Below are positions 1-9,995 of a stretch of DNA of 50,281 nt, piece after piece. A program made the translations under genes and the position numbers. The stretch lies in the NCBI GenBank assembly GCA_027858615.1, contig JAQICJ010000302.1, forward strand, positions 1-50,281. The letters run 5' to 3'. Position 1 is the stretch's first letter. The number at the start of each line of letters is the position of its first letter. The notes under the pieces are model-generated. The model did no database searches, was not told the DNA's origin, and saw nothing but the letters and a program-made list of their open reading frames with translations. Origin of the DNA: Deltaproteobacteria bacterium. Lineage in GTDB: Bacteria; Myxococcota_A; Polyangia; HGW-17.

Positions 1-468
1 ATACCAGAAGGCAACTTCCAGGACATGTTTGCCTTTGTCTTTAATTTCTTTGGAAGAGGCATGGTAAAACCTTATATTAACGCCCTTTTTGGCCAGAAGT
101 TCAATATCTTTTCTTTCAAAATCACCCCAGCGCAGCAGTTGTTTTTCTTCTTTTTCCAGGCCTGTAATTTCTTGCTCCAGAGAGTTTTTGAGATTGACTA
201 TGGTCTCATATTTTTCAACAAGCTCCTCGCCTTTTCCTTTGTGTATCTGTTTGATATCCTGATCTGACTTTTTAATCGCCAGTTTGATTTTTTTTAAGAT
301 TCTTTCAACTTTTGAAACTTCTGCAGCAAGTTCTCCAGGAGGATCAACCGGATTTTCCGCCAACTCCTTGACATGAAGTACCCCCAGTTCCTGAAGTTTG
401 TCAACCGCCATTTCCCTGGAATGATCAGGACCGACGATATAAACTTTTTTCATTGTTACAAGGGCCAT
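1..468 (-). CDS. atpI: V/A-type ATP synthase subunit I (membrane a-subunit), N-terminal 156 codons; gene runs off the window start
   Basis: Absent from the ORF track because it is open to position 1. My manual minus-strand translation from ATG at 468 gives MALVTMKKVYIVGPDHSREMAVDKLQELGVLHVKELAENP..., with no stop down to base 1. GGAGG lies just upstream (rc of 472-477). It sits directly after subunit D, as in E-x-A-B-D-I-K operons. Confidence 0.75.
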   Translation of the reverse strand, partial: MALVTMKKVYIVGPDHSREMAVDKLQELGVLHVKELAENPVDPPGELAAEVSKVERILKKIKLAIKKSDQDIKQIHKGKGEELVEKYETIVNLKNSLEQEITGLEKEEKQLLRWGDFERKDIELLAKKGVNIRFYHASSKEIKDKGKHVLEVAFWY

Positions 469-480
469 TTTACCTCCTAA

Positions 481-1098
481 TCAACCAGCAGCTTTTTTTG
501 CTTTGGCTTCAATCTTGTTTTTGGCGATTTTTGCTCTGCAAACTGCAGCAGTCTGCTGATCACCAAGATAAACCTTGATTTTCTTTATATTTTCTTTAGC
601 TTGGGGGATCAGCACTTTTTCGTACAAATTAATTCGCTGGGTGGTTTTGGTAAGCTCTTTTTGCAAAAGTTCTTGTTTTTTCTGTATGATTTTGACTTTT
701 TCAATAACTGACAAAGCCTTTTTGATAAAATCAACAGCTGCATCAAAAATCCAAGGAGTAGCAATTAGAGACCAGGGTTTTTCCTGGAATTTAATCTCAT
801 CAAATTGGGGAACCTTGACTCCGGCAATATTTACCGTGCTGGTTTTCACTTCGTCGATGGAAATCAGATCTTTGATTTCACTGGAGAAGGCAGCTATTTT
901 ACCCTTCCAACTGGAAACATCTTCCAGGAGTCTTTCTTTTTCTCTGCGAGCTTGTTGAATTTCTTTTTTCACATCCCTGACCTCGATCTGCAATTGCTGC
1001 TTTCTGAGCTCAAGGGTGGGAAGAAACTCCTGAAAAAGCTTGAGGGATTGGGTTTGTTCCCTTAATGAGTTTTTATTGAGTTTGACTTTTTCACTCAT
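481..1098 (-). CDS. atpD: V/A-type ATP synthase subunit D
   Basis: 205 aa. The coiled-coil N-terminus MSEKVKLNKNSLREQTQSLKLFQEFLPTLELRKQQLQIEV is typical of V-ATPase D. It lies 4 nt downstream of subunit B. Confidence 0.9.
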   Translation of the reverse strand: MSEKVKLNKNSLREQTQSLKLFQEFLPTLELRKQQLQIEVRDVKKEIQQARREKERLLEDVSSWKGKIAAFSSEIKDLISIDEVKTSTVNIAGVKVPQFDEIKFQEKPWSLIATPWIFDAAVDFIKKALSVIEKVKIIQKKQELLQKELTKTTQRINLYEKVLIPQAKENIKKIKVYLGDQQTAAVCRAKIAKNKIEAKAKKAAG

Positions 1099-1102
1099 CT
1101 AA

Positions 1103-2407
1103 TTATTTCTCCGGCCAATGTTTATCAAGGATCTCCTTTTTAATTCCAACTTCTTTGGCACTAAAACATTCCGCCATGGTTTTCCATCCCATATCCAGAG
1201 CATCATTCAAACTGACATCTACACTGAGGTCCATGAATCTTTCCTGGAAAAGATCAGCATATTTGAGAAATTTTTCATCTTCTTCAGTTTTCTCAAATCC
1301 CATGGATATTTTCTTTTTGGATTCCAGAGCTTTGGCGTAAAGCCTGATCATGGAATTCATAACAGCACCGTGGTCTTTCCTTGTTACCTTGCCGATAACA
1401 AGTTGTTTCAAACGGCTGAGGGACCCGAAGGGGTTGATAACTCCATTATTCAAATAATACTGTCCCTCGGTAATATAACCGGTGTTGTCGGGAACTGGAT
1501 GAGTAACATCTCCACCTGGCATTGTAGTAACCGCCAAGATAGTAATGGAACCTGCTCCATCAAAATCAACTGCCTTCTCATATCGAGAAGCCAGATCACT
1601 ATAGAGAGAACCGGGATAACCAAGATTGGAAGGAACCTGTTCCATGGCAACACTAATTTCTTTGAGAGCATCGGCAAAAGCAGTGAGATCGCTAAGTAAT
1701 ACCAGAACTCTCTTGCCTTCAATCCCGAACTTTTCGGCTACCGCTAGTGCCATATCAGGTACAAGCAACCTTTCAACCACTGGATCTGCAGCGGTATGGA
1801 TAAACATGACTGTTCTGTCCATAATGCCGCCTTCTTCGAATTTTCTTCTGAAACCGATGAATTCGTCAAATTTAAGCCCGATTCCACCTAAAATTACCAC
1901 ATCAGCATCTGCCTGCAGGGCAATTCTGGACAAAAGTTCGTTGTAGGGCTCTCCCGGAGTTGAAAAAATAGGGAGCTTCTGACTTTCTACCAAGGGATTG
2001 AAGATATCAATCATGGGTATGCGAGTTTCAATAAAGTTGTGTGGAACTACCCTTTTGACGGGATTGACCGAAGGACCACCGATATTAATATCTTCGGCGT
2101 TTTCTATTTCGGGTTTTCCGTCCATTGGAACTCCACTGCCTGTAAAAATGCGCCCCAAAAGATTCTCCGAATAACCAACCCGCATGGGATGACCCAAGAA
2201 TCTGACTTTGGCTATATTGGAAAGTCCCTTTGCTCCGGAAAAAACCTGGAGAGAAACCTTGCTTCCTTCAATTCTGATAACCTGAGCCAGTGAAACTTCC
2301 CCATTGGTATTGGTTATGGATGCCAACTCGCGATAGGAAACTCCATCGGCTTCCAATTCAATAATATCACCAATAATATTTTTTATTCTGGTATATTCTT
2401 TAAACAA
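1103..2407 (-). CDS. atpB: V/A-type ATP synthase subunit B (non-catalytic)
   Basis: The ORF track gives 1103..2428. The family is recognised over the full length (e.g. [42 protein letters not shown]). The likely true start is TTG at 2407, preceded by GGAGGAGG, overlapping the atpA stop. Confidence 0.93.
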   Translation of the reverse strand: MFKEYTRIKNIIGDIIELEADGVSYRELASITNTNGEVSLAQVIRIEGSKVSLQVFSGAKGLSNIAKVRFLGHPMRVGYSENLLGRIFTGSGVPMDGKPEIENAEDINIGGPSVNPVKRVVPHNFIETRIPMIDIFNPLVESQKLPIFSTPGEPYNELLSRIALQADADVVILGGIGLKFDEFIGFRRKFEEGGIMDRTVMFIHTAADPVVERLLVPDMALAVAEKFGIEGKRVLVLLSDLTAFADALKEISVAMEQVPSNLGYPGSLYSDLASRYEKAVDFDGAGSITILAVTTMPGGDVTHPVPDNTGYITEGQYYLNNGVINPFGSLSRLKQLVIGKVTRKDHGAVMNSMIRLYAKALESKKKISMGFEKTEEDEKFLKYADLFQERFMDLSVDVSLNDALDMGWKTMAECFSAKEVGIKKEILDKHWPEK

Positions 2408-4178
2408 TCTTTCCTCCTCCGGAAACAATTATCTCTTCTATTTCACCAGTTAATTCACTGTATTTGTCATTGTCTGTTTCCACATAATTTTTCTGGTAAA
2501 ACTTATCCTGCAGATCGGTAAAAAATTTGCGGGCTTCTTTTTTATCATCAAAATCAAAGGGAGTACTTAAAACTTTGTACAACAATTTGAAATCTTTGGC
2601 CTGTCTGCTGAGATCAGCCGCACAATCGACATCGTCAAAAGCATTTTGTTGCAGATAGGTAAAATCCACCAGTTCGGATTTGAGATATTTTGTGAGATCG
2701 TCAACATTGACGCCCTCTTCTCCGACAACTGTCATCATCTTGCCTACTTCCGCTCCAGTACTTAACAGTTCTTTGGTTTTTTTGACCATTTTGGTCCAGT
2801 CAGGATCCATTTGTTCATTGAGACTGTCTGCCATTTGATCGATGTAAAGGGAGTAGGAATCAAGGGGGTCGATAGCCGGATACTTGCGTTCATCGGAACG
2901 CTTCCTGCTTAGACCAAGAAAAGCTCCCACAACCTTGAGGGTAGCCTGAGTAACAGGTTCTTCAAAGTTGCCTCCCGCAGGTGAAACTGTACCGATTAAA
3001 GTAACAGCTCCCTTTTCATTGTTGTGTAATTTGACCAGACCGGCTCTTTCATAAAGACCGGCAATACGACTTTCCAGATAAGCGGGGAAAGCTTCTTCAC
3101 CGGGAATTTCTTCGAGACGACCTGACATTTCGCGCATGGCCTGAGCCCATCTGGAAGTGGAATCAGCCAGTACCAGAACGTCAAGTCCCATCTGGCGATA
3201 GTACTCTGCCAGAGTAATTCCGGTATATACCGATGCTTCACGTGCAGCAACAGGCATGGAAGATGTATTACAGATGATAATGGTTCTATCCATCAAGGAA
3301 CCGCCTGTTTGAGGATCTTCCATCTCGGGGAACTCGTTGATGAGTTCAACAACTTCACCGGCACGCTCGCCGCAGGCAACTACAATAACTACATCGGCGT
3401 TGGAAAATTTGGAGAGAAGATGCTGCAATACTGTCTTGCCGGCTCCAAAAGGACCAGGAATACAAGCAGTACCGCCCCTGCTGACAGGAAACATTGTGTC
3501 AATCAAACGCTGTTTGGTGGTAAGAAGCTCTTCGGGAAAAATTCTTTCCTTGTAGGCTTTGATGGCTTTTTTGACCGGCCACTCCTGCAGCATTGTCACT
3601 TTGATGATTTTGCCTTCCAATTCAAGCTCGGCAATAACATCTTTAACTGTGTATTCACCTTTGGAGGAAATCTTTTTTACTTTGGCAACACCAAGCATGC
3701 CCAAAGGAGCCAGAATTTTATGACTGAGATGGTGTTCAGGAACTTCACCCAGCCATTGACCGGCTCTGATTTTATCGCCTTCTTTTACCAAAGGGGTGAA
3801 TTCCCATGTTTTTTCATGGTTTACCGGTTCTTGGTACTGCCCTCTCTGAAGAAAAAAGCCGTCTTTATTGTCCAGCAATTCCAGAGGATTCTGCAAACCA
3901 TCATAGATTTCACCGAGAATTCCTGGGGCTACACCTACAGCAAGCATTTCCCCGGTAAAATTGACCTTCATGCCAACAGTAATTCCGGTTGTATCTTCAA
4001 AAACCTGCATATAACATTGTTGACCCAGGACTTTAATAACTTCGGATTTAAGATTCATTTCACCAACCAGAACAAAAGCAACCTCGTTTTGAACAACACT
4101 GCCCTCGTCTATCTGTACGGTAACCATATTACCATTAATTCCGACCACGTGACCTGTTGTGGAAGAAGAATCGATCAA
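2400..4178 (-). CDS. atpA: V/A-type ATP synthase catalytic subunit A
   Basis: The ORF track gives 2400..4229. Walker A GPFGAGKT and the non-homologous insert region typical of A subunits are present. The likely start is TTG at 4178, with GGAGG 7 nt upstream, immediately after the upstream gene's stop (4175-4177). Confidence 0.95.
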   Translation of the reverse strand: MIDSSSTTGHVVGINGNMVTVQIDEGSVVQNEVAFVLVGEMNLKSEVIKVLGQQCYMQVFEDTTGITVGMKVNFTGEMLAVGVAPGILGEIYDGLQNPLELLDNKDGFFLQRGQYQEPVNHEKTWEFTPLVKEGDKIRAGQWLGEVPEHHLSHKILAPLGMLGVAKVKKISSKGEYTVKDVIAELELEGKIIKVTMLQEWPVKKAIKAYKERIFPEELLTTKQRLIDTMFPVSRGGTACIPGPFGAGKTVLQHLLSKFSNADVVIVVACGERAGEVVELINEFPEMEDPQTGGSLMDRTIIICNTSSMPVAAREASVYTGITLAEYYRQMGLDVLVLADSTSRWAQAMREMSGRLEEIPGEEAFPAYLESRIAGLYERAGLVKLHNNEKGAVTLIGTVSPAGGNFEEPVTQATLKVVGAFLGLSRKRSDERKYPAIDPLDSYSLYIDQMADSLNEQMDPDWTKMVKKTKELLSTGAEVGKMMTVVGEEGVNVDDLTKYLKSELVDFTYLQQNAFDDVDCAADLSRQAKDFKLLYKVLSTPFDFDDKKEARKFFTDLQDKFYQKNYVETDNDKYSELTGEIEEIIVSGGGKIV

Positions 4179-4891
4179 GCGAACACCTCCAACATTTTTT
4201 CTATATCGGCATCTTTTTCTGTTTTCCATGAATCAATCACCATGGCTTTGGCAAGATATGCCAGCACGGCGTCTATGGAAAAAGGATCTATGCCTTCAAG
4301 TTCCAAATAATAAGCAAGTCGAGCTTTGTCTATGACAAGTTCTCTTTCTTGCGGATCTTTAGCTTCAGATGCTCTCAATACCAGAGAACCATACTGAAAA
4401 CTGTTTTTACCATTAAAAATTTGTATTTTACCTTCTTCGATACCAAGTTTCTTAGCTCTGGCTGCAGCAACAGCATTGCGCAGACCAATTTCCATTTCAG
4501 TGTACCCCTGGAGAAATTTGGAATTGTATTTTCTGGAAATTTCGATAAGTGCATTGAAATAAGATTCCCAAAGCTTTTTAAGCAGTATTTCCTTTTGAAC
4601 CACACCCTGTTCCATTCTGAAAATATTATCGAGAAAAGGAGGGAGATCCAACTTGTTTTCAAAATCTTCCCTTGATAAGGTTCCAGATTTCCTGAAAAAA
4701 TCTTTCTCAAATAAAATTGCCTCGGCATTGGCAGTATCTACAAACCAGAGGATACTGCTGACCAGATCTTTATCGCGTCCCCCAACTTCAGAAAATATCT
4801 GATGGGTAATTTTTGATAAAGACGGAATTGAAGTTGATTTGAGATCTCCTTTTACAGGTGGCAGAGATGTCATCAATCTGTAGTATTTCAA
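4175..4891 (-). CDS. V-ATPase-operon protein between E and A (DUF2764-like; probable C/d-subunit surrogate)
   Basis: 238-aa ORF in the exact slot occupied by DUF2764 proteins in Bacteroides/Chlamydia/spirochaete-type V-ATPase operons. I did not recognise a diagnostic motif; the call rests mainly on position. Confidence 0.55.
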   Translation of the reverse strand: MKYYRLMTSLPPVKGDLKSTSIPSLSKITHQIFSEVGGRDKDLVSSILWFVDTANAEAILFEKDFFRKSGTLSREDFENKLDLPPFLDNIFRMEQGVVQKEILLKKLWESYFNALIEISRKYNSKFLQGYTEMEIGLRNAVAAARAKKLGIEEGKIQIFNGKNSFQYGSLVLRASEAKDPQERELVIDKARLAYYLELEGIDPFSIDAVLAYLAKAMVIDSWKTEKDADIEKMLEVFA

Positions 4892-4946
4892 AAAAAACTC
4901 CTTGAAAGGTTATGAGTGAATTGTTCGGATCTGACAGAAAAAAAGG

Positions 4947-5615
4947 TCAGGAATCTTTACCTTCACCGGAATTTTCTTTTTTTTCTTCTTTTGTTGCTTC
5001 TGTGTAAAAAAGTTCCCTGAATTTGGGAGAGATGAATTTTACTAAAATCTCACGAAATCCCTTGTCAGTAAGATCGAAGACAAAACCTTTTTCCTTGGGA
5101 CCAGCTTTGAAACCAAAACGGATATCATCGTCGAAATCAACTGTGGTTTTGCCACCAGCTATGAGCATTTTGATTCTGGCAGTTATGGAGCTTCCCAGTT
5201 TCTTCTTCATTTCCGGAGACAGAACCAGTTGGATGTCGGAATTTTTGTATCCGCTTTTAACAAAGCCCTTAACAACCTCAAGAATGACCTTTTCAAGGAA
5301 CTTCGTCTGGTTGAGTTCTTTTTCGAGGGATTCATCTACTGCAGGAATAACCAAAGCTTCTTCCACAGAAGTCTTGAAAGCATCAAGGGCAACCTGGGCA
5401 CTTCTGTTTAATTCTGTGTTAAGCTGATTTTTTATAGTTTCAGCCTCTTCCTTGGCTTCATCAACCATGGTTTTAGCTTTCATCTCAGCCTGAATTTGAA
5501 TGTCTTCAGCCTTGGCCTGGGCATCCTGAATAATTTTATCAGCCTTTTTTTCAGCCGCTTCAATACCCTCTTTTTTTAATTTCTTGATTACTGATTTTAA
5601 TGAATCGCTAGCCAT
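4947..5615 (-). CDS. atpE: V/A-type ATP synthase subunit E (peripheral stalk)
   Basis: 222 aa. The Ala/Lys/Glu-rich helical N-terminus (KKLKKEGIEAAEKKADKIIQDAQAKAEDIQIQAEMKAK) and globular C-terminus are typical of subunit E. It has an extra acidic/Lys-rich tail. Confidence 0.85.
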   Translation of the reverse strand: MASDSLKSVIKKLKKEGIEAAEKKADKIIQDAQAKAEDIQIQAEMKAKTMVDEAKEEAETIKNQLNTELNRSAQVALDAFKTSVEEALVIPAVDESLEKELNQTKFLEKVILEVVKGFVKSGYKNSDIQLVLSPEMKKKLGSSITARIKMLIAGGKTTVDFDDDIRFGFKAGPKEKGFVFDLTDKGFREILVKFISPKFRELFYTEATKEEKKENSGEGKDS

Positions 5616-5677
5616 GAAACCTCCATATATTTCAGCTGAACTATAAACGTGAATAAAAATACATTCAAGCTGAAAAT

Positions 5678-7777
5678 TTAAATTTTAGTATGAATTCTGA
5701 TTGACTCAAGAATGGTTTTTCTCTTTTTCAGGAGAACCTGCCTGCAATTTTCATCGAATTCAAACCTTACTCCTGTACTATGCTCACCTTTGTCCTTGAA
5801 ATAATAGTAGATAAAGTAACCCTGACTGTTTTTCCCTTTTATTTCCTGCCAATCTCCAAATTTGCCCATGGAAAAAAGATATTGGTTTTTACTGAGGACA
5901 TCAAAATGTTTCCTGGCGTCTTCTCCCCGGATTACAAACATGGCATTATATCCTCCACAGAACCGGGAATAAAATATATTGAGCCGGTTGTTTTTGCTGA
6001 CAAATCCATGTTTGTCCTCAACTATTTCATGAGCCCAGTGAGCTGGGTATTTCAAGCTTATATTATCTTTTTTGATCTCGATTTTTTTCCAATTCTCCGA
6101 GGAAGCAGTGGCGTAAACTTCATATCCTGTCCAGCTCATCAATCCCAGAGAAATCACAAAAAGAACCAGGGTAAGACCTTTCCTGAAAACAGATTTTTCA
6201 TTAGCAGCTCCCAAAATAACAGCTATAATCACACCTCCCACAAAACCACCGATGTGGGCAGCATTGTCGATCATTCTAATGGAAAATCCCAATGCCAGAT
6301 TAAACAAAAGGATCATGACCAGAAAAGAAAACTGTTTTTTTCTCCATTCTTCAGGAAAACGGTTTTTGTAAAGAACCAGCATAGCCATAGTGGCTCCTAC
6401 TACTCCAAAAACAGATGAGGAAAAACCGATGGAAACTCCGGCTCCATACATGAGAGAAGAAAGAATATTCCCACTTAGACCCGAAACAATTATAATTACC
6501 CAGGTTTTAAGAGCTCCATAATGGGGTTCGATTAGACGACCGAAAATCCAGGTAATATAGAGGTTGAAGAAAATATGGATAAAATTAGCGTGGAGGAACA
6601 TGGCTGAAACATTTCGCCACCACTGACTGGAAAGGGAAAGAGTTCTGAAATTGCCCCCCAGATTATAAAGGGTGAGCATATCTGAAGGTGAACCGTAAAG
6701 ATGCTGACCGATAAAAACCAGGGAATTGAAAATGAGAAAAAACCAGGTAGCCTTCAAAAATCTGCTTTTGGAACCTACCTCTGAAACTTTTTCATAACTC
6801 TCTTTTATTTTTTGCAGTTTTTCTTTGTGGATCAAATCTTTTTCAGGAAAGGATGTGGTCCCTGAACTGATTTTTTTTGCTGCCAACTTGTAGTAAATGG
6901 GAAAGTTTTTTTGCAATTTTTTGGGAAAGGACATAACTTTTTCAGCTTTGGCCTTTTTGTTATCGTTGAGCAGGGCAATTCCGTACCAATATCTGCGCAA
7001 AGCAGCCGGGAAAAAAGTATCATTGGAATCAAGAGGCAAGAGGGCTTTTTTTAATATTCCCGGTTTGCCGTAAGCAGCCAGAATAATGGTCTGAGCCGAA
7101 AATAATGCTCTTTTTACAACCGGATCTTCAGAATCTTCATCCAGTTTCTCATAAAAATCCCAGAGTTTATCTTCCTGACCCAATTCAAATGCGGCTTTCA
7201 TGAGAGATACATAAACGGAAGGTTTTGAAGCGACTTCCCCTTCTTTCAGATATTTTTCATAAAATTCCAGAGCCTTTTCCCATCTGGTGGAAAAAACATA
7301 GAGTTCTACCAGACTTTCAGCCAGCAATATTTTTTTGATGGCATCGTCGGTACGATGAAGCTCCTGTTCCAATCCACCCGAAATATCTACAACTTCACCT
7401 TTGTTGGCTTTAAGGAGCTTGGAAAAATGTCTGATTTGGGCAGCAACTTCGGTGCTGGGTTGAAAAATATATTTCAACTGCAAAATGCGGGCTGCTCTTG
7501 ACCAGTCATAACGGTAAACAGCCGCAGCAATGAACCGATTCAAAATTGCAGGAACAATAACGGCAAACAGAAAAATTCCAATTCCAAGCCAGGCTGAAAG
7601 GGAATTCACCCCGGAAGATGCATTGAAAGAATAGAGAATCAATCCCAGATCAACTGCCAGAATAGTATTGTATACCGGATCCTTGGCAAAACCTCTTTTT
7701 ATTTTGGTATAAAGAATAATTCCGAGATTTACGGCTATAATTATAAAAAGAAGTTGGAACAAACTGATATCAAACAA
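5678..7777 (-). CDS. Large rhomboid-family intramembrane serine protease with N-terminal TM bundle, TPR-like cytoplasmic region and extra C-terminal domain
   Basis: Rhomboid core motifs are present: FLHANFIHIFFNL (HxxxN), GFSSSVFG (GxSxxxG catalytic Ser) and AAHIGGFVGG (catalytic His). There are 3 N-terminal TM helices, a helical repeat region of about 250 aa, a 7th TM and a tail of about 140 aa. Confidence 0.85.
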   Translation of the reverse strand: MFDISLFQLLFIIIAVNLGIILYTKIKRGFAKDPVYNTILAVDLGLILYSFNASSGVNSLSAWLGIGIFLFAVIVPAILNRFIAAAVYRYDWSRAARILQLKYIFQPSTEVAAQIRHFSKLLKANKGEVVDISGGLEQELHRTDDAIKKILLAESLVELYVFSTRWEKALEFYEKYLKEGEVASKPSVYVSLMKAAFELGQEDKLWDFYEKLDEDSEDPVVKRALFSAQTIILAAYGKPGILKKALLPLDSNDTFFPAALRRYWYGIALLNDNKKAKAEKVMSFPKKLQKNFPIYYKLAAKKISSGTTSFPEKDLIHKEKLQKIKESYEKVSEVGSKSRFLKATWFFLIFNSLVFIGQHLYGSPSDMLTLYNLGGNFRTLSLSSQWWRNVSAMFLHANFIHIFFNLYITWIFGRLIEPHYGALKTWVIIIVSGLSGNILSSLMYGAGVSIGFSSSVFGVVGATMAMLVLYKNRFPEEWRKKQFSFLVMILLFNLALGFSIRMIDNAAHIGGFVGGVIIAVILGAANEKSVFRKGLTLVLFVISLGLMSWTGYEVYATASSENWKKIEIKKDNISLKYPAHWAHEIVEDKHGFVSKNNRLNIFYSRFCGGYNAMFVIRGEDARKHFDVLSKNQYLFSMGKFGDWQEIKGKNSQGYFIYYYFKDKGEHSTGVRFEFDENCRQVLLKKRKTILESIRIHTKI

Positions 7778-7882
7778 TGTTTATGAGACCTTTCGATAAT
7801 TTGTAAATGGAATCAACTTTGAGTGCTGGTTTGGGAAAATTGACCGGTGAAAATTAAACCTGTTTAAAAAGAACTTATATTA

Positions 7883-8659
7883 TCAAGACTCTGTGGATAA
7901 CTGCTTTGACAATTCCTTGAGCCTCTTCTTCAAATGAAAAACAGCAACAACCAGAGAAACAATAACAACAAGGGACAAAGTACCGAAGATAATTAAAATC
8001 AAGGGAGAAAATGAAAAGAAACTGCTTGGTGTTGGACGGCTATTCTTAATTTTTCTCAAATCAGCCAATTGAATGATTACAGAGACGCTGGCGGCTTCAA
8101 GTTCGGCTATGGAACCGGCAACCAGAGTCTGAACATCAGTGGGTTTCATTTGAAATTCTGCTTCGTTGACTTTGAGAACCACCGAGGCCTTTTCGGGAAC
8201 CAGTTCTTTTTTGTTGTGACCGAAACTTGTGTTGTTTTGAGGAATGGCAAAGTGGATACGGGCAAAATGAATACCAGGTAGTCTTTCCATGGTTTTAGCC
8301 AATTCTCCGGCCAGAGCAATATAATAGCGATTTACTTTGTTTCCGGGGCTGGGGAGCAAACCGGATTTTTGGGTTACCAAATCGTAACCCCTGTGCTTAT
8401 CTGAAGGAAGATCAAGTTGATTTAAAATAGAAACAGCCTGAGCGGCTTCATCTTTATCGACTTCAATTCCATAATATCCCTTGCGTTTGTCTCTAATGAA
8501 TTTTTCGGCTTTAATTCCCTTGTTTTGCAGAACAGTTAAAACTCTGTTAGCTTCTTTTTCGGAAAGTTCATTAAAAAGATCTACCTTGCAACCAATAACA
8601 GCAAATCCGAACAGAAAAAAAATCAAAATAAATAATTTGTTAAATTTTGCAGGAATCAT
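7883..8659 (-). CDS. SctJ/YscJ/PrgK-family (YscJ/FliF superfamily) ring-forming lipoprotein, orphan
   Basis: Signal peptide plus lipobox (FAVIGC). CKVDLFNELSEKEANRVLTVLQNKGIKAEK...GIEVDKDEAAQAVSILNQLDLP matches the conserved SctJ N-domain. A C-terminal TM helix (PLILIIFGTLSLVVIVSLVVAVF) is present, as in SctJ. Confidence 0.72.
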   Translation of the reverse strand: MIPAKFNKLFILIFFLFGFAVIGCKVDLFNELSEKEANRVLTVLQNKGIKAEKFIRDKRKGYYGIEVDKDEAAQAVSILNQLDLPSDKHRGYDLVTQKSGLLPSPGNKVNRYYIALAGELAKTMERLPGIHFARIHFAIPQNNTSFGHNKKELVPEKASVVLKVNEAEFQMKPTDVQTLVAGSIAELEAASVSVIIQLADLRKIKNSRPTPSSFFSFSPLILIIFGTLSLVVIVSLVVAVFHLKKRLKELSKQLSTES

Positions 8660-8842
8660 TAAATATAACCTAAAATGACAGTGGCGAAAAATTTTCAGTT
8701 CTCCTCTTATAAAGAAGAAATCTGACCTTCAAAAAAAACCACCCGATCATCAAACCCATAACTGCCTGATACAATAAACATAAAGCTCAGTTATTCCTTG
8801 CTTTGGGTGGAAACTGGCTGTTGGCTTGTAAAAACTCCTTCT

Positions 8843-9325
8843 CTATTTGTCGAGTTTCCTCACATAATCGAGAAAAGATGATTTGTTTTCCATGATATCA
8901 TTGTATTTTTCTCTGGACATGTTGCCCTTGCGTCGGCTTCTGTTTCTATAATTACCCGATTTGTTGCGGTTGTTTCTTCGGTAATAACGATGTCCACCAT
9001 ATCTTCTGCCCAAACCTTCGGCTATAAGTTCTTTGGCCAGGGTTTCAGGTTCAACTTCGTCATTTTTGGCTAAAAATGCTAATTCTCTGTAAAGAGATTT
9101 TGACATTTCAATTTTGAAATCACCATCCCATTCATCTTCATCAATAGGAGTGGGGGGATGTTTAAGGGATTCAATTTTTTCTTCAGTGGATTTATCCAGA
9201 AGCTCGATGACCTCTTCCCAGGTTTCACCTTGAACTGTACACTCAGGCAATTCCGGAACCCTTCCTTCATATTTTTCTTCTTCAGTATTATAATTTACAA
9301 CTATGCGATAATGTCTATGTTTCAT
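8843..9325 (-). CDS. HicB-like (UPF0150) plus ribbon-helix-helix protein with Arg/Asn-rich C-terminal tail
   Basis: YRIVVNYNTEEEKYEGRVPELPECTVQGETWEEVIELL matches the HicB N-domain pattern (vPdLPGC..qGdT.EEA). FKIEMSKSLYRELAFLAKNDEVEPETLAKELIAEGL looks like an RHH. The tail is GRRYGGHRYYRRNNRNKSGNYRNRSRRKGN. No HicA-sized ORF is adjacent. Confidence 0.6.
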   Translation of the reverse strand: MKHRHYRIVVNYNTEEEKYEGRVPELPECTVQGETWEEVIELLDKSTEEKIESLKHPPTPIDEDEWDGDFKIEMSKSLYRELAFLAKNDEVEPETLAKELIAEGLGRRYGGHRYYRRNNRNKSGNYRNRSRRKGNMSREKYNDIMENKSSFLDYVRKLDK

Positions 9326-9430
9326 GTTAGAGAAAATCCTCCCTTTTGAACCAGGATTTTTTCCTGGTTATGTGTTTATTGCCTGAAATCTTCAAGTACT
9401 TTTCAGATTTATAATTTCTCGTTTTTTAAA

Positions 9431-9594
9431 TAGTTCCCGTCCCACAATGGGGTTATTGACTGAATAAGAAATTTGCCTCAGATGCACGCAGTAACTTCGC
9501 AGACATAGCCACAACTATTTCAAGCAGTTATGACAAAACAGATGAAGTAAAATGACCTGTTCAGGGGATGACCTTCCTTTTTGGTACGGGGATA
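9431..9594. repeat. Hairpin repeat family, full copy 1 (about 164 nt; left end TAGTTCCCGTCCCA, degenerate right end TGGTACGGGGATA)
   Basis: Aligns by eye at roughly 85% identity over its whole length with 17175-17340. Intergenic; no credible ORF. Confidence 0.8.
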
Positions 9595-9995
9595 AGGTGC
9601 AGAAACTGAAACGATAAAGAACCCGATGGTATTCTATGGAATGGAAACCAACCGGTTTTCAGTTTATTATGTTGTCTCAGATCAATTCATAAGGTTAATT
9701 TTGGAAATGTCAATATATATTGTGGTTCAGTCTTTACAATCAGATTATTGTATTCCACATATAAGGAACTACTTGAGTTTTTTCTTGAAAAAAGTTGGAA
9801 TTTATATAAATTTAACCATCTCGTGGATATAGCCAGGCAACAAACTGATATCCAAATATTTTCCAAATTTGTTTTCCCATCACCCAATTAATACCCACGA
9901 AAATAAGCTTGGAATCCACCACAATTAATATATTCGCAATTTTGTTAAACCTTCACAATAAGGTATAGCAAAAATTACAAAATTCCATTTTAACG

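Noticed and set aside
25-267. 80-aa + strand ORF at the window start
   Set aside because: It is Phe-rich and low-complexity, and it is antisense to a much better minus-strand reading frame that encodes the V-ATPase subunit I N-terminus.
3309-4310. 333-aa + strand ORF
   Set aside because: It is entirely antisense to atpA, whose identity is unambiguous. It has no motifs and its composition is typical of a shadow ORF.
5780-6418. 212-aa + strand ORF
   Set aside because: It is a shadow ORF antisense to the rhomboid core.
9431-9594. The hairpin repeats as retron msr/msd, or as a TnpB/IscB omega-RNA
   Set aside because: No reverse transcriptase, TnpB or IscB gene is adjacent to any copy in this window. 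The terminal inverted repeats and the mini deletion derivative fit a MITE or a free-standing structured RNA better. This cannot be fully excluded without the rest of the genome.
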